Positions 40,662 through 54,091 of a DNA stretch of 64,000 nucleotides are shown piece after piece. The notes under the pieces were generated by a model. That model was given only the letters and a program-made list of their open reading frames with translations, had not been told where the DNA came from and made no database searches. The position numbers and the translations under genes were made by a program. Each line of letters starts with the position of its first letter. Within the stretch, counting starts at the first letter, position 1. The stretch is from Saccostrea echinata (Eukaryota): the NCBI RefSeq assembly GCF_033153115.1, contig NW_026889774.1, positions 5,084,001 through 5,148,000 of the forward strand, read 5' to 3'.

Positions 40662-41212
40662 ATGCCTCGACAGCAAGCACTTTTCAATATTAACTTTTCT
40701 TTGTTGGTTACTGTTGCAGCGCTTTTGCCTTTGTTAGGGGCTCTTATTTGTATACTTTTGTCGATTTTATATAATTTCAAAGAATCTACTTGGACACACT
40801 GTCGCGTGAGTATCCCAGATTAAATAATCGAATATTATATAGTTTTATTGAGACATTCGAATTTCCTCGATGTATTTAAAGCTATTTTCATTGTATGTTA
40901 TTTAATAAAATAAATCAAGACACAGATTAACAAAATCTTGAAATATTAACAGAAAATTTTGGTCTTCAAACACTAAGTTATTACAGCATATAAATTTGTT
41001 TTCTTTTCCTTTTTTTATTTTAAAGTTTAATTTTTGCCAATTGTAATATCATTTTATGACATCTTGTTTGTTTCAGAGAAATATATTGAACCATTATATA
41101 TATATATATATATATTTACTTTAACACCCATTATATTCTGAAATATTTTAATTTGTTCAATTGTAATATCATTTTATGACATCTTGTTTGTTTCAGAGAA
41201 ATATATTGAACC

Positions 41213-41288
<76 letters not shown>

Positions 41289-43298
41289 CTTTAACACCCA
41301 TTATATTCTGAAATATTTTAATTTGTTCAAAACTCAGTCGTAATTGTAATCTTTAGAAAAACATATACTGTGACATTAATAACTACACTCTCTGTCTACA
41401 GACTAATAAACTGAATTTTAAATTCCATTTTCAGGTATCAAATTACTTACCTTCCATTAGTTCGGCTATTGGAGGATATGCCCCACAAAAATATATATGG
41501 AGGATATGTATAGCTCTTCATGCTGCACCAAGATTTTTATTTGCTTTCTCATATTATGGCTATTACATACATTTTCATGTTGGAACGAGGAACACTTTAT
41601 ACAAGACCCTTGCAAAGCTCTGTGTTTTCTTACATATAATTGAGAATGCAGCTCTAGTTACTCTTACTTATGTGTCATCTACTGATAATTATGGTAAGCG
41701 GAAGGCATTTGATCATCAAGATGAAGTATATATATTTTTCTGCCCCATCCATCTTACTGAAAAGGAAAATACACCTGTAGTAGATTTTGTCTTTTCCTCC
41801 ATCTGTCCATCTACCTCATATGAATATATCTGAAATTAGACTTTACAAATCTATGGACTCATTTTAGTTTTTATGAGGTAAATCAATAGGAAATGGTATT
41901 GAATTGATGTCACAATAGAGTTAACGTTATATAAAAGGGCAGATAATCCATGACATTGATACTGACAGGACCTTTGTATATTTTTATCTCTTACTTGATT
42001 TTATTGTACTACAATATTCAATATCCAAATTGTAGAAATAAACCAGCTGAAGTTATAAAGCTGTAGATGCAATTTTCATATGTTTAAAACATTCCTGGGG
42101 AAAATAATGATGCCCATGAATTGAATTTAAAACTAATAAAAGGTCTGAATTTGTTCTGTTTCAGCTGTGCATGAGAACATGTTTATCATCTTTATGGTGT
42201 GTTCTGAGTGTTATATGTTGCTTTCCTGTATTCTTTACAAATGGGGTCACACATCCAATGGACGTGCCATGACAAAAATGGTATGTAGATTAGAAATACT
42301 AAGTACACACAGTACATTAATCTCATTTTTCAAAATAGTAATGATACTTGATCATACTTCTTTTTTTTTCTCATGCACTTTAGTCAATTCATGCATTGGT
42401 TTCTATATCATGTATATAATTACATGTACATATTGAATTCAGTAAGTCAGCAGTTACATTAATTCATTATAATGGGATGTTTGCATGAAACAGCCCTTGA
42501 GATAATGTCAAAGTCATCTGAGTTTATGTCTTCTGCTGTTTGTATGCCCACCTGTGGGTTAGTCAGAATAAAATCATTACTTTGTACCTAGTATATATAT
42601 TTATATTTTTAATGCTTATGATTTACACACATTTGCTATTCTGTTTTATCCCCCATATAATGCATATTAGTGATTGGCTAATATGAATATATGCATAATT
42701 TTGATAGAAAAACTCACTGATATCAGAATTTATCTCTCAGATTTGTGAGAGCTAGTACAAGTGTGTTTCTGGATTTTGGGACCACAGATGACTGATTGTG
42801 AAAGAAAAAAAGATTTCTATTGGTAACCTTTGTGACTTAAAATACAATGTATCTTGTATTTTAGGAGGTCATGTCCTACCAGTATAAAAAGATTCTCTTT
42901 GTTTTCAACATTACCATGTTCGTGGCAGCAGTATACATGTTTTTTAGGCATGAGTGGTACTGTGAAACTGGAGGTAAAAAATTTGACATTTATTTACTAT
43001 CAACACTGTCAAGTTAAGCTCTCTTACACTTAATTTACTATGTGTCAGTGTAGGGTTTTATCAAATGATAAGTTTTGAAATTACAACCAAAATAATTATA
43101 TTATTTTATATACATTATATATAGCCTGGTTTTCTGTATGTTTTTTCTTCTATTTCAGTGTATTCCATATTTGCACTGTGTGAATATCTTGTAGTATTTT
43201 CCAATATAGCCTTTCATTACACTGCCAAATACGACTTCTCAGATCAGCAGGTTTTATTGTCAGGAGAAGAGAGTGGGAATGCCTACAAAGAAATGTAA
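40662..43298 (+). CDS. PGAP2: Post-GPI attachment to proteins factor 2, paralogue a, 5 exons, ~255 aa
   Basis: Exons 40662-40805, 41435-41693, 42165-42280, 42865-42973, 43159-43298 join in frame. Motifs STWTHCRVSNYLPSISSAIGG, WRICIALHAAPRF, TYVSS, HENMF, FFRHEWYCETGVYSIFALCEY..VFSNIAFH. Confidence 0.95.
41039..41330. repeat. Tandem duplication of a ~120-bp unit containing a (TA)n tract of different length in each copy
   Basis: aattgtaatatcattttatgac...ccat(TA)n tttactttaacaccc...aatttgttcaa occurs at 41039-41160 and 41159-41330. Confidence 0.9.
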
Positions 43299-46200
43299 GC
43301 CCCATCTCCCACCCAAAGGCTATTTCGGTAATTACTGCTGGAGACTGTGGTGATTTTTTTTTTAAGGCCTTGGTAGAGTTACACTGCTTTTATATAGAAT
43401 TTGTAATGATCTTATTTGTTAGTGTCATAATACAAAGGGGCATACATGTAACTGCATTACTGCTGAAAGAAAAAAAAAATCATTAGAAAGGGACATAACT
43501 ACATTACTGCTAAAAGAAGGAAAAACCATTACAAAACAGAATTAAGGATGATACAAAGATAAAAAGAAGTTTTAATTAGAAAATTTCAATTTTGTATAAC
43601 AGACACCTATAGAAAATCTTGTGTTGTGCTCCAAAATGCTATGGGGTAGGGAACCTTGAGTGGTGATAAATGCAATGTAATACACATGTACTTACACTCT
43701 GAACATTTTGAATTGAAGTTTGAGACATATTCATCTTGTGTTTTCATATTTACTTTAAATATTTCTCAATTATGTATTTCATAAAATCAGTAATTGAAAA
43801 ACTACTTTGTATTTCCTAATATTTTCCAGTTTAGAGAAAATTAATAGTATTTTCCCGACCAACCCTGTTAAGGGACATAACTGTATTACTGCTTAAAGGA
43901 GAAAAATATAATTACAAAGGGGCATAACTGCATTACTCTTAAATAGATTGAATTTAACTTATGTCAGTTGATATATACACTCATCTTTAGACACTTTTGA
44001 TTATCATTAAAACAAAAATGTAATTTGTTATAATATCCGTACATGTATGCACAGGTTTGAAATTTGTTTCGATATGCAGGTTCAAAAAATAAATATGATA
44101 CACTTTATGTTTGCAGGGTATTATCAGTACATCCTGTGTGACTTTTGTGACAGAATTAGTGACCAGAATGGCTGGAATTCTCAGTAGAACCCTCTGTGGA
44201 TATCTGATATAATTCTAACATATCCATTTTCAAGAATTGCAGCCGGGAAGAAAACTTTTCTATTTAAGGACATCTTGGTATTATTATCATTGTAACACAG
44301 CACTGTGCTATACAGCTATTGAAATAATCATTGTGTTACTAAAGGATATTACTAAACATTTTCAGTTTAGATCTGGATATGAGAAACATTTGATTCTAGG
44401 AGTTTATCACTTTGAGAATCAATGACTGACATTTTAGATAGTGTGTTTTCTCTCTGTTTTATTGTAAATGCTTTTCTATAAAGGCTAGTGTTGGTGTAAA
44501 GTACACATTGTAACCTGCTTGACAACTGTCAGTCTTCAAAACTTTACACAATAAAATATAGGACTCAGATATAGTTTGATTTATTAAGATGCCCCCCCCC
44601 CTCCCCAAAAAAAAGAAAGAAAGTAGTAAGAGGTAAAAGATTTTCTAAGTTTATTTATGGCCATATCTTCCTCCTCATTGAAGCAGCTTCTAAAGAGTAT
44701 TAGACATTGTATATATCTCTTTGATAGTTGACATTTGCATATACATGTTTTTGTAAAATTATCTAAATTCAATAGCCTCCCCCCCCCCCCCCCCCTAACC
44801 CCACCAACAAGTCTATCGAAGAAAAACACATTTTTTTCCTAGAAGAAGAAAAACTTGTCTCCATACTGTACAAATAGCTTAATGATAATAGTAAAATAAG
44901 AAGTGCTTAGATAGGGGTAGAAGAATGCCCATAAACAGAGTAATTACTTTCTAAATTAACGTTCTGGAAATCCTTGAAACATGAAATGCCCTAGCTGGTA
45001 AGCGTATTCCCTTTGCAAATTTATATCTCGGGGCATATACTAAAGATATTAACATACCACGTCTCGGGAAGGCCCCGTCCATTTGCAGTAGCACGTGTAA
45101 ACATTTTACTTCTTTTTTTCTGCATAACGAATTTGAAGCAAGGGCTTCAAATTAACGTTCGGCAGTTTTCTTGTCATATTAAGTCCTAAAGCAGGAAAAT
45201 CTAGAAGCAACATTTGTTTAATAATTATTTCTGAATTATGACATGAACCGTACCCCCTTTCGTTCGAAATAATTACGCTTTAAAATTTAATTCATTTTTT
45301 TTTCAAGTAAAACCAATACATGGAAAATTGCCAAACGTTGACTCAGTATAATCACTATCAGGGGAAATCCATTTTTATAACGGTTGCTAGAATTGATGGT
45401 ATACCTATAAATATGTCGAAATTGATGGAAATTTAACACCCCTTTGCCTATTAAAATTCTCACAACGTAGAAAAAAATAAATTACGAGAAATTTACAAAA
45501 TAAATATTTTGAGAGCTAGGTTAACATTTAATTCGATTATTGGAGCAATTTTGGTCGTATTCGGCGCACAGAGTTTAATTATGAAGACACGCTAGAGAGA
45601 ACTGCATGGTAGAGTGCAGAAAACTTGTAGTAATTAAATGTAAGAGATAGATGGCCTATATTTAAAGGGAAAAAATCAGTAAGGTTTTGACGAAATGCAT
45701 TTACCTGAATATTAACTTGTGAATCGAGACTGGCATTATAATTTCAAGAATTAACATACACATCGTGCTGACAATTTACAGTTCTTTGCGAGTCTGTGGT
45801 GGAGAAAACTATGAGAAATGTGCGATTTCATGAATTTCCCCCTCCCTTTTTCTTTCCTAATTTTAGATGATGAAGAGTCTGGAGAGATGGACAGTTTAAG
45901 TCACTATATAATATTCTTGAAATATTTTATCTCCCCGCATAAACAATCTATTTGTTCTTTGATTTAAATATATAATATACACGTTTCATGTCTCGCATGT
46001 TTATGATACGTTAGTTGATGTCGTTCGAAATTCTGTTTCCAGATTCTGATATCACGTTTCATAACTTTCAAACAATTTATGAATATCTCGACATTGAATC
46101 TAAGAAGTTTGACAGACAAGTTTGTACACATCAAGACACATTGTTTTGATAGAGTTTATATATGTGTGTGATTTTAATATAATTTTTAGTTTCAGCACAG

Positions 46201-47268
46201 TAGAAATATGATTCGTTTTTCTGCTAGAATTTGTTTAAAAGCTTCCCTTTAAATCAATTTTGTTTTGATTTTTATCATGCTACAGCTAAAGTGTTTTTTT
46301 TTTAAATAATGAAAAAGGTGAAGAAAATGAACAGTGATCGATCTAAAAAAAAAAATCTACACACAATACAAATATGTGAACAGGGCAAAAAACGCAGGTG
46401 ATAGCGGAATATTTCTACATAAATTAGATAAGTTTACTTGGGTGTTCCAGCTGAAAACAGTTTTGTCTGATATTACCGTTTTGTTTTTTTTTAATAAAAT
46501 TAACAATTTGTTAACATTAGACGTTTGATTAACTTTAGAATATCCTCTTTATAGGAATATATGTTCCATGCAACAATAGGACAATATTTAATGATTACAT
46601 ATACATGTATGTTTATCACTTGTTTAAACAGTTTGTGGTGTTACATATGATTTTATAATAAACCAGAATGCAACAGTAGGAACACATGCAGTTATCTTGG
46701 GGTATATTTATACAAAAATTGGCAAATTTTAGGAGAGCACACCCCCCCCCCCCCGCTCCAACACACACACATACACAATCCATCACAGCATACAATGGTT
46801 TTTGGAAGAGGGTTGGGATTATATAAGCACGTGGCCATCGAAATTAGTCACATGTTTACTTTTCCTATAAAGCTTGGTAATATAATCGATTTTAGTTAAA
46901 CACGTACAGACTTAACTGCAACATATTATAAAACACACATTTCCTTTCATGTATTTCAATTTATGAAGCTGTGAAAATTGATCATCCGCATAGCATTCAG
47001 TATATCTGAAACGGATCTAATCAGTCTCGGTTACATGTACATGTATATTCATGTTATAACTATATATAATGTATAGGATATGTTAGATTTAGAACCCTGC
47101 TGTCTACCTCACGTGGCTAATGATAAAGGATTTTTAAATGTGAGGGTTTCAGAAGTACTTAATTTACTTTTGGACTTATATTCGTGTTTTGGTTTATACT
47201 TAATGTATCTTTAAATTTAAATTTGAAACATTTAGTATGCAGAACAACTGAGTTTACCGTTTTGTGTT

Positions 47269-50200
47269 ATGGCTTATCAAAGTGTTCTCTTTCGGTTACA
47301 CTTTTCAATTTTGAGCAACATTGTTGCCGGACTACCTTTTTTCGCAACGTTATTTTGTGTTATCTGGTCAGTATTATTCAATTTCGAGGAATCTACCGCA
47401 ACACACTGTCGGGTGAGTTAATTTTTATGGAGCGGAGGTATAATTTTTGGTCTCTCTGATCTGTAATCTTACTTGTAACTTTTTTTTACAACATGCAAAA
47501 TTTACCCTTGGCAAAGATAGCTTATGACCAGAAAATGTCTCTTGGCCTTGACCATCAGACACATAAGGTTTGGGCTAAGAGACATTAATGTCATTTGAAT
47601 GGATCAAGGTTACAGTAGATTGCCCGGTTCATAAATGTACTCTTGTTCATGCAGTAGAAGCGATGACAGCTTATACATGTACATGTACCTTGCACAAAGG
47701 TGGGTTGTTTCATGACCATGAATCAATTTGATTTGTAGAACAAGAGCATTTTTGTCTCCAGGTGCTACACTCGGTCATTTGTATTAACAAATTCTTTTGT
47801 AACATTTTCATACATGCGTGTCTACTTTCAGTTTTGTAAGATTCAAACAGTGCAAGTCAAAAAGATGAAAAAATCAAAGTGAACTCTCTTCTTTACGTCC
47901 GTTACACTTGGGGGTACCCATCTATTATCAACAACTCCTCTTTGCCACTGAATAAAAATTACTGACTTTTACAGAATTTTTATAACGCAATGACATTATT
48001 CACCTATTTTACATTTCGATTGGACAGGGTTTACCATAGCAAAATGGGACTTTGCAATTATACTCATATGGGAGCGGGCCGGGGTATCATTTTGTGAGCT
48101 CACGGGCATAGTACCTCTAGTTTGTATATATTTTCAGGTGGCCAATTACCTACCTTCTATAAGTGCAGCCATTGGAGGATACATCCCTCAGAGAAATGTC
48201 TGGAGGATCTGTATTGCCCTCCACGCTTTTCCACGATTCCTGATTGCTTGTGCATATTACCGCTACCACGTGCGATTTGTAGTGGATACTTGGAGCAATA
48301 TTTATACCATTTTAGCCGGGCTATGTACTTTATTACACATTGTGGAGAATTTTGCACTGGTCATTCTAACGTATATATCCTCTCTCGATAATAGAGGTTT
48401 GTTTTACTTTAATGGCTTGCTTGGCCAAGGGTTCAATGCCTGGAGCTTTTCTGATCAGATATTCTTTGTTGTCTGGTGTAATAATTCACGTTTTCTTTTT
48501 TTCTTGATGCTTGTCACAGGGGCGTAGCCTGACTTAAAATTCTAGTGAGGCAAAACTATTGTGGCCGGGGGGCTGGCGGAGCCCTGGTGGGGGGGGGGGG
48601 GGCAAAGCCATCCGACGGAAAATGAATTTGGGAGTTTAGAATGTAAAAATCATACTTCTTCTGGACAGAAATTTCGTAATTTTACCGGTTTCATTATTGA
48701 AGACTTCAGCGTGCATATGATACTTCATATCTCTAAAGTATTTAGTAGAGTATTCAAACTTCTAGGCCTAACATTTTTATTTTTTCCACATAAACTACTT
48801 TAATAGAGCCCGATCTCATGAATTTTGATCCCAAACATATTGATATGAAAGTACAACATTTTATAGATTTGTTTAAAGGTTAAATAAAAACAATTAGTTA
48901 ATAAAACAAATCAAATAGTTTCTGCAATGTATTATCAATGTATGGGAAGGCGGTGGTGCTGAAAAAACTAGTGAGGCAGTTGCATGCCTCATTGCCACAA
49001 TGGAAGCTACGCCCCTGTTGTCATCAAGTTTGCGAAAGTATTTCCCAAAAAATTAATTTATCTAAAGTGTACATGTATCCTTAAATTGGAGTAATGTGAC
49101 AGAAAGAATGAAGCCATCGGATTCTAGAAAGAAATTCATTGTCTTTGGCAAATGTAATTTAATGTTCCCGAACTCGAGTTTGGATTTAATTTTTTGGGGG
49201 TGGGAGGTCTATCTGTCTCTATATGCTTCTCTTTTTTTCATGAATTTAGTGAGGAAACATTGAGACAGATGCTGCCTGACTAGGGTGTACGATGACATTG
49301 AACACGTGTCCTTTGAATATACTTATAACTACTATATTGTACAAACACTTTGAACATTATAACTGATCGATTACACAAAGGTAGCCTATAATCAATGGTT
49401 TTCACATGGCCTTGAATCAAGAAAACTCATTATTAACACAAAGGTAGCCCATTATGTCATGCCACTGACCCATGGTCATAAATTTTGATGTTTCAAGGTC
49501 ACAGGGACTGAAAATGTAAATTCAAATTAAAAAAAATGCCCTTGGCCGTCTTCACATTCTTGTTTTACTTACATATGTTTATTCACCAGTGACAAGAAAA
49601 ACAAGTGATAACACTTTTATATTTACATTTCAGAGATTCATGAGAACATGTTTGTATTATTCATGGTAACATCTGAAATCTACATGCTGTTGACCTGTTT
49701 TCTGTATCGATGGGGTCATTCCGGCAAAGGACGTGAAATGACACCTGCAGTGAGTAAATATTGTAATCTACCATTATACAAATAATCCCAGTATGATACA
49801 TCTATCTTAATCCAGTGTCCGCGAAATAATTCTAAACAATGCCCTGTCTTCACAAAGATACCGGTTGATTCCTAATATTCCACATATTTCATTGAATATA
49901 TGTCAATTAATGGTCATATTAAAGACTGCCATGTCAAAATCTTTCGCTTCAACTTAAATGTAGTAATTTCCTAAGTGCAAATTGTATGCTTTGATTGTCT
50001 AGCAAACTACAGCATTGCTTGAAAAATATCTATTTCAGGAGAAACTGACCGTAATGGTTTTCTTTTGAAAACTAAACTTTTCAGAGAGTCACATTTTTCT
50101 CCGAAAGGTCAGAATCTTATGAATCTCATTTTTAAACATTGATCACCCATAGTGGCCCCACCCAACAGCTGGGGGTCATTGCACGCTGGCCCTCCAGATC

Positions 50201-50461
50201 GAAAAAGTCTTTTTTGAGAAGCATTTATATATAGGTCATTAAATATCAGTCAGTGTGTTAAGAAGTTTTAATAACTTATAATCCATTATGAAAGGAAAAT
50301 GTCCTGTTTTAAATTACTCGTAGATTCAATGTGCAGCCGTTTTAAAACAGTAAAGCGTTTTTTGATAAGCTTTTTTGTTATCATGCTGCTACATTAGAAC
50401 ATAAATTACTTCCGAAATGCACATTTCCTTTAAACCCCCCTCCCTCTTAAAAGTGAGTTTA

Positions 50462-50513
<52 letters not shown>

Positions 50514-51207
50514 AAATTTGCGACTTTCTTCTTTGGACCTACCGGGCTAAGCTGGAGGTCTTAAAATGAATATTTTCCCCTCCCCAATGAAGTGGCGGGG
50601 CCTGTACCGAGATTTCTCAAACAAGCAGATATTGCGGGAAAAACCAAAGATAACGGGTTTGATACTAGTTTTCTCCTATGTTGTCCGTGTATAACTTTTA
50701 CACCATTCCTGCAAATATTAAACAGAATTTTACGTGGGATAATAGCTTGAGGGGGAAAATAGTAGAAATCATTTTTGTTCATGTATTTGAATGGACTTTT
50801 TGTTCTTTTTGCAGGAAACTAAATCCTTCCACTATAAAGTTGGCTTATTTATCTTCAATCTCTCCATTTTCATGGTGGCAGTATACATGTACTTTAGGCA
50901 TAACTGGTATTGCGAGCGTGGAGGTAGGTTCATTTCATTGATATAAATATAAAAGCGGGCACGATGTTTATTTTCGGGATAATTGTTAAAGGTGCTTGTA
51001 GAAAGCAGCTAAATTGATAAAATTTTAAATCGTCATTTTCAGATACGATTGAATTTCTTTTATATTTTAGTATACACTGGATTCGCTGCCTGTGAATATT
51101 TCGTGGTATTTTCAAACATTGCCTTTCATTACACTGCTAAATTAGACTTTCACGACCAAGTCTTGATTCTTGGAGGAGAATCTCATCGATCATCAAAGGC
51201 TGCTTAA
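47269..51207 (+). CDS. PGAP2: Post-GPI attachment to proteins factor 2, paralogue b, 5 exons, ~254 aa
   Basis: Exons 47269-47412, 48138-48396, 49634-49749, 50815-50923, 51071-51207. Exon 1-4 lengths (144/259/116/109) are identical to paralogue a. Motifs STATHCRVANYLPSISAAIGG, YFRHNWYCERGVYTGFAACEY..VFSNIAFH. Confidence 0.95.
48517..49017. mobile_element. Non-autonomous TIR element with 6-bp TSD (hAT-like CAGGGG ends)
   Basis: ttgtca|caggggcgtagc...gctacgcccctg|ttgtca with internal ctagtgaggca repeats. Confidence 0.85.
50470..50511. repeat. Compound (CT)n(TA)n microsatellite
   Basis: Direct reading of the sequence. Confidence 0.9.
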
Positions 51208-52396
51208 CAGATATTTTCCTTAACATTTAACATTGTAAATAAAATAGTTTTGTAAATAAAATAGTTTTAATGTCTCAAAATGCATTTCGTAATTACTACA
51301 AACTTTTTATATGGATTGTAAAGAGGACGCTGTTTTGTGCATTTAAACAACTGAACGGTAAGGGATATTTGTAAAAATGTATACATTACCGCTACATTTT
51401 CAAAATAATCATAATGATTACCGCTACATAGTCATAACCGCTACAAAATAGTATACATTACCCCACATATATAAGTATACATTCTGCTACAATGCCTCGT
51501 ACGTTAGCCAGCGCCCATGCATGTACAGATATAAAGTACAACATAGACATTCATAGGACCAGTTTCTCACCACCAAGATACGAAAGTAGAAAAAAGTTGA
51601 GAAAAAGTGAAGCGTAAATTTATCTCGCGGGAAAAAAATCAGCCTTTTTCTTTATCAACAAAATCAACATTTTTTTCGGGGGGGGGGGGGGGGGTCGGCT
51701 TTCAAATAAATTTCAGCAATTTTGATATATTAGTAGGCAATGGAGCTACCACCTTTTTTTAAACTCTTCTAGGTCTGCATTGAAATAAGGTAATTTGAGA
51801 TGTCCTATTTTTTTTTTTGGTCCTCCTTGAGATAAGGTATAATTTGTAAAGTGCCCCTACCTTATATAAAAGTTCCCTTTAATGTACATAACAGATTTGT
51901 ATACTGTGGAAAAATGCAAAAATGATATTATATGTAGTAGGAAAAATATGCTTCAATATATTGTGATTGATGGTTGTTTTGGGGGGGGTGTATCCATTTT
52001 TAAGCAATACCTTGGTGTGACCTTATAAAATAGTCCAGAGCGAAGACAGAATTTTATTCGATTCTGAAAACGCAATTATATTACATGTATGTGTGAATCT
52101 AAATATACCAGGTATGTAATTTTGTAATTCAAATTTGAGACAAGACTTTAAAACACATCGTTTATTAAAAAACTCCACTATAAAATATTTGGAAAACTAG
52201 ACATCATTGAGCAATTTTTATTTTCAGCTTAATGTACAATAGATTTGTCGTTATGTTTTATTACCAACAGAAAAAATAACTGTTTCTATACATGCTATAT
52301 ATCAACTGAAATTAAACTCACTATGCACAAAAATGCAACGCTTCGAAATACATCCATTAATAAATTTTTTATTCCTATGTGTACATTAAAGTAAGA

Positions 52397-54091
52397 TTAT
52401 TTATTTTCTTTCGGTACTTTTCCGTTATTGCTGGAATTTGTGTCTTGAGTTCCTTGACTACAAGATTTTAAAAGATCAGGAGCTTTCGATCCGCAAGTCG
52501 CCTTTACCTGAGCTTCATGTAGGTCTTCTTCCGTTTTCGTTTTAATCAAACCGTCTGTTGGTTTGGGAAGAATTTTGCCACATAATTTATATCGGGCTTT
52601 GTATTTGTAGTACAGAAGAGGAAAAGCAACGCCGATGCTTGTAAGAAAAACGATGACCAAGACAACGATAATGACGATAGTACTTCCTGCTGATAACTCA
52701 CTGCCGTCCCCTGTTAGTAAAATTGACAGCTATATCAATTTACATTTTTTAAAAACCCAACAAACAAACAAGTAAACAAAAATTGGCAATAGGGTATAAA
52801 TACATTAAAATAAAATTTACCAAAATTATTGTAAATGAATACCGGTAAATAAATGCATGTAAATGGATTGTTATTTTGGAATTAACAATATTTTTAACAA
52901 CAAAATATACATGTAACTATATTCATCCTAAAATAAAAGTCAGACTCACTAATAGCCGTGCCGTTTGAGTAGTACTGAATATAAAACCCTCTCCCAGCTA
53001 CCGTGGAATCGGAAATAAATCGTAGCAAAATGGAGGACCCAGAACTACGTAATTGTGTGACGTCATTCAAACAGCAGCCCTGGTACAGAAGGGAATCGTT
53101 CATAAAAGGACCTGTTTTTAGGGGGGAATGAAATATGATAAATTAGAACTTAATGGCGTTACCATCTGAATATTGTTAAAAGTAGCATTTGATAAAAGTA
53201 TCTTATTTTAAATCTATTTGTAAAACTTTAAAAGATCAATTTTATCTTTCCGAAAAAGAATTTGTCAAACTCCACACGATGAAAGACATGCACTGATAAG
53301 GATTTACGTCGCATATTTTACTTAGAAATGAAAGAAAAATAACAAAATTAAAGATATTCTAAAATTTACCATCGTAAACCGTAATTTGGTCAAGTTGACA
53401 ATATGGTACTTTTGCCGATGCATACTCAATGTTGCAGTCCAAGAAATTGATGTAAAGAATATCTGTCTGTGTGATTGTCATAATGGTTGTTTTCAGTGTT
53501 AAATTGCTAAAAATTCCAATGATTTTTAAAATAACACGAAATATAAAAAATAAAATACATTACTTCAATGTACATGTGAATTCAAGGCAATCTTCGAAAA
53601 CAGTGTAACAATTAAGAAGTTGCAAAGTTGAAATATAAATAGACTTTTAATATTACAATACTTGCTTGCCTTGGGTATTCGATGGGATATCCCGGGGAAG
53701 AAAAGTACTGAACTGATCCCGTGGCCTGCAGAGTTTGAGAAACTTCCCTGCCTTTAGATATACTGTATACATTTAATTTTGAAAAATCACAGCTTAATCA
53801 ACATATCACGTATCAATGATTTTGTGAAGAATATCCATATTTTCCCACCAAATACATGCAGCTACATATTAACTTGCATATCTTTGAAAACTTTTTTTCT
53901 TACATAATATAAGAAGAGACAAAGATAATTAATTCTGATGATAAATATACCTACCATCAACAGACGTCAATATCAGCAAAACAGCTAGAATCAGGAGGGT
54001 CCTAGAACATACAGAAGTTAGTAATTAAATCTTACCGTATTGAACTTTTCAAAAACATTCAAAACCAAAGAAATATTTACCCTTCCTCCAT
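52397..54091 (-). CDS. Single-CUB-domain type-I membrane protein, 6 exons, ~250 aa
   Basis: Exons 54091-54081, 54001-53955, 53751-53670, 53506-53370, 53111-52950, 52710-52397. Signal peptide TLLILAVLLILTSVDG. CUB motifs FSSPGYPIEYPSN, INFLDCNIE, CQLDQITVYDG, SSGSSILLRFISDSTVAGRGFYIQY. TM segment IVIIVVLVIVFLTSIGVAFPLLYY followed by basic residues. Intron 3 needs a GC donor. Confidence 0.85.
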
